Of a DNA stretch of 64,000 nt, positions 60,331 to 64,000 are shown piece by piece. Made by a program: the position numbers and the translations under genes. The DNA is from Sminthopsis crassicaudata (taxonomy: Eukaryota), in the NCBI RefSeq assembly GCF_048593235.1, contig NC_133617.1:5709607-5773606 (forward strand), in the 5' to 3' direction. The notes under the pieces are model-generated. The model did not search any database. It was not told the origin of the DNA and saw only the letters and a program-made list of their open reading frames with translations. Each line of letters opens with the position of its first letter. Position 1 is the stretch's first letter.

Positions 60331-62509
60331 ACTATGGTCCTCCAAGGCTTATTTCTGAATGAATTAGAGTGACTACAAGTAGATGAAACCTGGAAAGGAT
60401 TGTGGAATATGATGGATATTTAATGTTAAAGACAAAAGAAGGTGATCTGTGGCCTTCACACCAAGTCTAATTACCAAGATTGAGCACAAACACTTAAGTC
60501 CACAGCTCTGGAAGACTGACTTCCTATCCTTCACTTGGGAGATGCATGGGCACATGTTCCATGGCTGGTAGAACTTCTGGGTAAGTGTCATTTGCTGTCT
60601 TAGTATGAACATCATCACCAGCAGCCACCACACCCACAGTGACAACAACAGTGGAATCATTGTAAAGTACTTTCAGCTTGGCAAATATTTTACATAGGTG
60701 TTCTCATTTGAGCCCCACAACATGTGAGGTAGCTATCACACCTTCCAGATTTTACAGATAAGATCACTGATGTAGACAGAGTTCAATTCCCTCCCCAGAT
60801 TCTCTGAGTCTGGTTTGAACTCAGCCTTTCCTGATTCTAATCAATTAAAATCATGAATCAAAATGCAGATGATTTGTTGCCCTTAATCTGCAAGTATATA
60901 AATGCCTCGGAAATTCCATCTCCTGGAGGAGGCCAAAATGGTCCCGCCTTCCAATGGAGGACTGTCCAGCACTGGTGTTGGCTGCTCTGCTTGCCCTTTG
61001 GTCAGACTTTCTGCATACGCTTATGTTAGCTGGTTGACTAGGACATATCAAGGGTCAATCAGAACAGTCACTGACTGTTCTGGGCTGTCTTGCCCATCAT
61101 CAGTCAATAATCTGTTGGCACAGAGTCCCATGAGACAGTTGGCATGCTACCTAGAAAGACCCCAGCTCAAACTCAATGACCATTTATCAAGCTTCTGCCA
61201 TGTTGCCTGACCTGTGCTAATTGCTGGGAATTCAAAGAGCAAAAAGAAATAGATCAATCCTTTTGGAGCTTATTCTTTACTGGCAAGGTCAAAAATAGAT
61301 TTCAGTATAAGCACTTATGCATGATGAATTTGCAGGTTAAGAGTCCACTCTCGTTTAAATGATTGTTAATGGTAGTTATAGACAAGGCAACCAGCACACT
61401 GGACATTTCAGTGAGATATTAAATATTAGGAAAGGAAAGATCATTCCCTTTGAGGACAGGCTAAAAGAAGTGAGATCTATTTAGCCTTTTATTAATAGCC
61501 TGGGAGACATCACTGGTTTCTTTATTTTTGAAATACATTTTTTATTAATCTTTTTTGATGTTTTGTCTTTTCAGAATTTCTTCCGTCATTCCTTTTGAAC
61601 TTCTTCACAGAGCATTTTCTCATAAAACGAATGACATTTTACAGGGAAAAAAGAAACAAATGAAGGGGAAAATGATCAAAGTTAGTCAATCACTCATAGA
61701 AGCTTGAAAATACCTTTATTGTTTCAAACTCATGAAGTTCCCCTTTGCAGAAGAGTGAGCTAAGAATGTCTTCTCATTTTTTTACCTTAATAATGTTTGA
61801 CTTGGGTAATTGAGAAAAAGCGGAAAGTGGTAAGGATTTAATAATTAGTAGAGAAAAATAATCATTTTGATTGAGAAATTCTTGGGATATTATGAATCTT
61901 AGAGGAGGAGAAGATAATTTTAAAACTGAAGATAAGATAGAAAGGAATATTCCAAGTCTATAAATGTGACCAGAGAATTTGAGGAATGTAACTTGTGCTC
62001 TTATTTTTATAAATTTGATGCCGTTCTCTATATGGTTGAGATATAAAAACTTTATCAGAGAAAATTGCTTTGAAATTTTTCTACTATTATATTTGCAAAC
62101 AGTATTTTTCTCTAACCTGTATCTCCTGTTTATTCTATTCTTTCTCTCCTTTCCTCTATTCTGCCTTAAAATTGTTTTGTGTCTGACTACCTTTTCCCCA
62201 ATCTGCCATCCTTTCTATCTTTTTCCCTTCTTCTCTTATTCCCTTCTCCCATTTCCTGTGGATATGGTAGATTTCTATACCCAACTGAGTGTGTGTGTTA
62301 TTCCCTCTCTGAACCAGTTCTAATGAGAATAAGGTCCAGTCACTCTTTCTTCCTTTCCCACTTTTCTCCTCCACTATAAAAGCTTTTTCCTGTCACTTTT
62401 ACTTAAGATAATTTCTTTCATTCTGCTGTTTTTGTTTCTCCCAGCTTATTCCTTTCTCAGTCCTTAATTTTATTTTCTCTAGATATCATCTCTTCACATT
62501 CAACTAATA

Positions 62510-62781
62510 NNNNNNNNNNNNNNNNNNNNNNNNNNNNNNNNNNNNNNNNNNNNNNNNNNNNNNNNNNNNNNNNNNNNNNNNNNNNNNNNNNNNNNNNNNN
62601 NNNNNNNNNNNNNNNNNNNNNNNNNNNNNNNNNNNNNNNNNNNNNNNNNNNNNNNNNNNNNNNNNNNNNNNNNNNNNNNNNNNNNNNNNNNNNNNNNNNN
62701 NNNNNNNNNNNNNNNNNNNNNNNNNNNNNNNNNNNNNNNNNNNNNNNNNNNNNNNNNNNNNNNNNNNNNNNNNNNNNNNNN
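62510..62781. other. Assembly gap (N run)
   Basis: Seen directly. Confidence 1.
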
Positions 62782-62860
62782 NCTGGCCTCAGACACTTAA
62801 CATTTCCTAGCTGTGTAACTCTGGGCAAGTCATTTAACTTCAATTACCCAGGAAACACAA
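62782..62860 (+). mobile_element. 3' part of a marsupial-type SINE, at the position equivalent to the 52588 SINE
   Basis: ctcagacacttaacatttcctagctgtgtaactctgggcaagtcatttaac; downstream flank matches 52750 onward. Confidence 0.8.
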
Positions 62861-63069
62861 AAGAAACGGACAAACATCATATTCTAAGTCCTCCAATCGC
62901 TTAATGTAGAAACAGCTGAATAATCTTTGGTTTTGTCTTCATGATTCTTGAATTGTTAATTTCTGGGAAAGATGCATTAAGGAACAAATTTATTAAGGGT
63001 GAGGGAGAGGAAAAGAGATAGAAGAAGAGAAGAAGGGAAAAATTTCCTTTGCAAAAAGTGCCCAAATAT

Positions 63070-63911
63070 TCAGCTTATATTGTCGTTGAGTGTGGTTTCT
63101 CTTGGTATGTTCTTGGTATCAGTTTTCCTCTTATTCAAGGTTCTTATGTTCAGCTGAGTGTAGGTCACTTCCTGTGGATCTTCGGCCATGGGAACCTGAA
63201 GGAGAAATAGAAGAGGGAGAGAACAGGGAGAAATTAGGAGCAGATGTTCTTAATCTATTTGTGTGTCATGAAATCTTTGAAGACTCATCTGCCAAAAGCA
63301 ATAGATGCCTTCCCATTCTCATACTTTTAGATACATGAAATATACTTCATAGAATTATGAAGGAGATAAAGGACATTGAAGCACTGTCATTGAGGTGTTA
63401 TAGAAATATTCACAATAATTTAAGATATCCTCATTTTAGAGGCATTGAATGGCATTCCTGGAGACAGAAGACAGAATAGGGTTAACTCACCCATGGTCCC
63501 CTTGTTGTCTCTCCAGTCTCTTCTTCATCTGAAGTGAAGAATAGATTTCATCATTCCCAAGCTCCCAAGACCCGGATTCCCTTCTATTATTCCTCTTCAC
63601 CCTCTCCCCCTGGGGCCAGGATTCTGTCATCTCCTTCAACAGATAACTTACATGGCCTTTCCTCTCTGGGTGCCTCAGCATGATGGGGCTGGCAAGTATT
63701 TGAAGGGAGACAGTAGCAACAAAAACAGCTAGAGTAGGAAGAAAGGGAAGACATGGGATAAGCGGCTGGAGTTCACTCTCAGATTTTCTATTAGCATTTT
63801 CCCCTCCTCCCAATCTCTTCCTGCTAAAGAGAGTCTGGGTTACATGGGAAAAGAAAAAAAGGGCACCATGGGAGGAGGAGCTGAGTTTCCTTACCTTGTA
63901 CGGATGCATCC
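63070..63911 (-). CDS. Gene 0 (partial; continues past the right edge): cytoplasmic exons 63895-63911, 63652-63688, 63491-63528 and terminal ITIM exon 63070-63195
   Basis: Near-identical to gene A tail; VPMAEDPQEVTYTQLNIRTLNKRKTDTKNIPRETTLNDNIS*. Confidence 0.8.
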
Positions 63912-64000
63912 CTGCAAAGATCCTGGTGAGATACACATGAAAAGAGAAAGAAGCAAGGTCAAGGAAGATCTTAGAGGAAGAAAATTTAAGCCTTACCCAT

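Noticed and set aside
26132-60372. Many + strand ORFs repeated between paralogs (e.g. MPECSGVTWV..., MSSGLTEGREK..., MESSRVRVASM...)
   Set aside because: They are antisense shadows of the minus-strand exons, conserved only because the DNA is duplicated
1-64000. CRISPR arrays, rRNA or prokaryotic operon features
   Set aside because: None seen; this is intron-rich vertebrate DNA

Overview
Eukaryotic genomic DNA, most likely from a marsupial. This is inferred from the SINE, L1 and LTR styles (dasyurid-like); the species cannot be proven from the sequence. The window is a head-to-tail tandem array of minus-strand genes of the leukocyte receptor complex (LRC) Ig-superfamily type. They have a 34-bp leader exon, a 36-bp mini-exon, ~280-300-bp phase-1 Ig exons resembling IGSF1/TARM1/A1BG/LILR domains, a TM exon, short tail exons, and a terminal exon with a KIR/LILR-like DPQEVTYTQL ITIM. 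Order from right to left (my labels): 3' end of gene 0 (63070-64000); gene A (60179->52944, 5 Ig + TM + ITIM, ~613 aa); gene B (48091->40729, 5 Ig + TM + ITIM, ~621 aa); pseudogene F (D4-D5-TM with Arg-tail); gene C (30823->25987, intact leader + 5 Ig, no visible TM, so a candidate secreted form of ~533 aa); decayed units E', D and E; and the promoter of a further paralog that starts just left of the window. The window also contains L1 fragments, SINEs, solo LTRs, microsatellites and four N gaps. Most notable: (1) a palindromic LTR-PBS-inverted-LTR element flanked by one 6-bp target-site duplication (TSD); (2) a candidate soluble 5-Ig paralog of an inhibitory receptor; (3) three different lesions removing the distal tyrosine motif in three paralogs; (4) frame-compensating splice-acceptor shifts in the tail exons; (5) domain-restricted diversification versus homogenisation. 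All exon structures are manual predictions from splice signals and paralog alignment, without transcript evidence.
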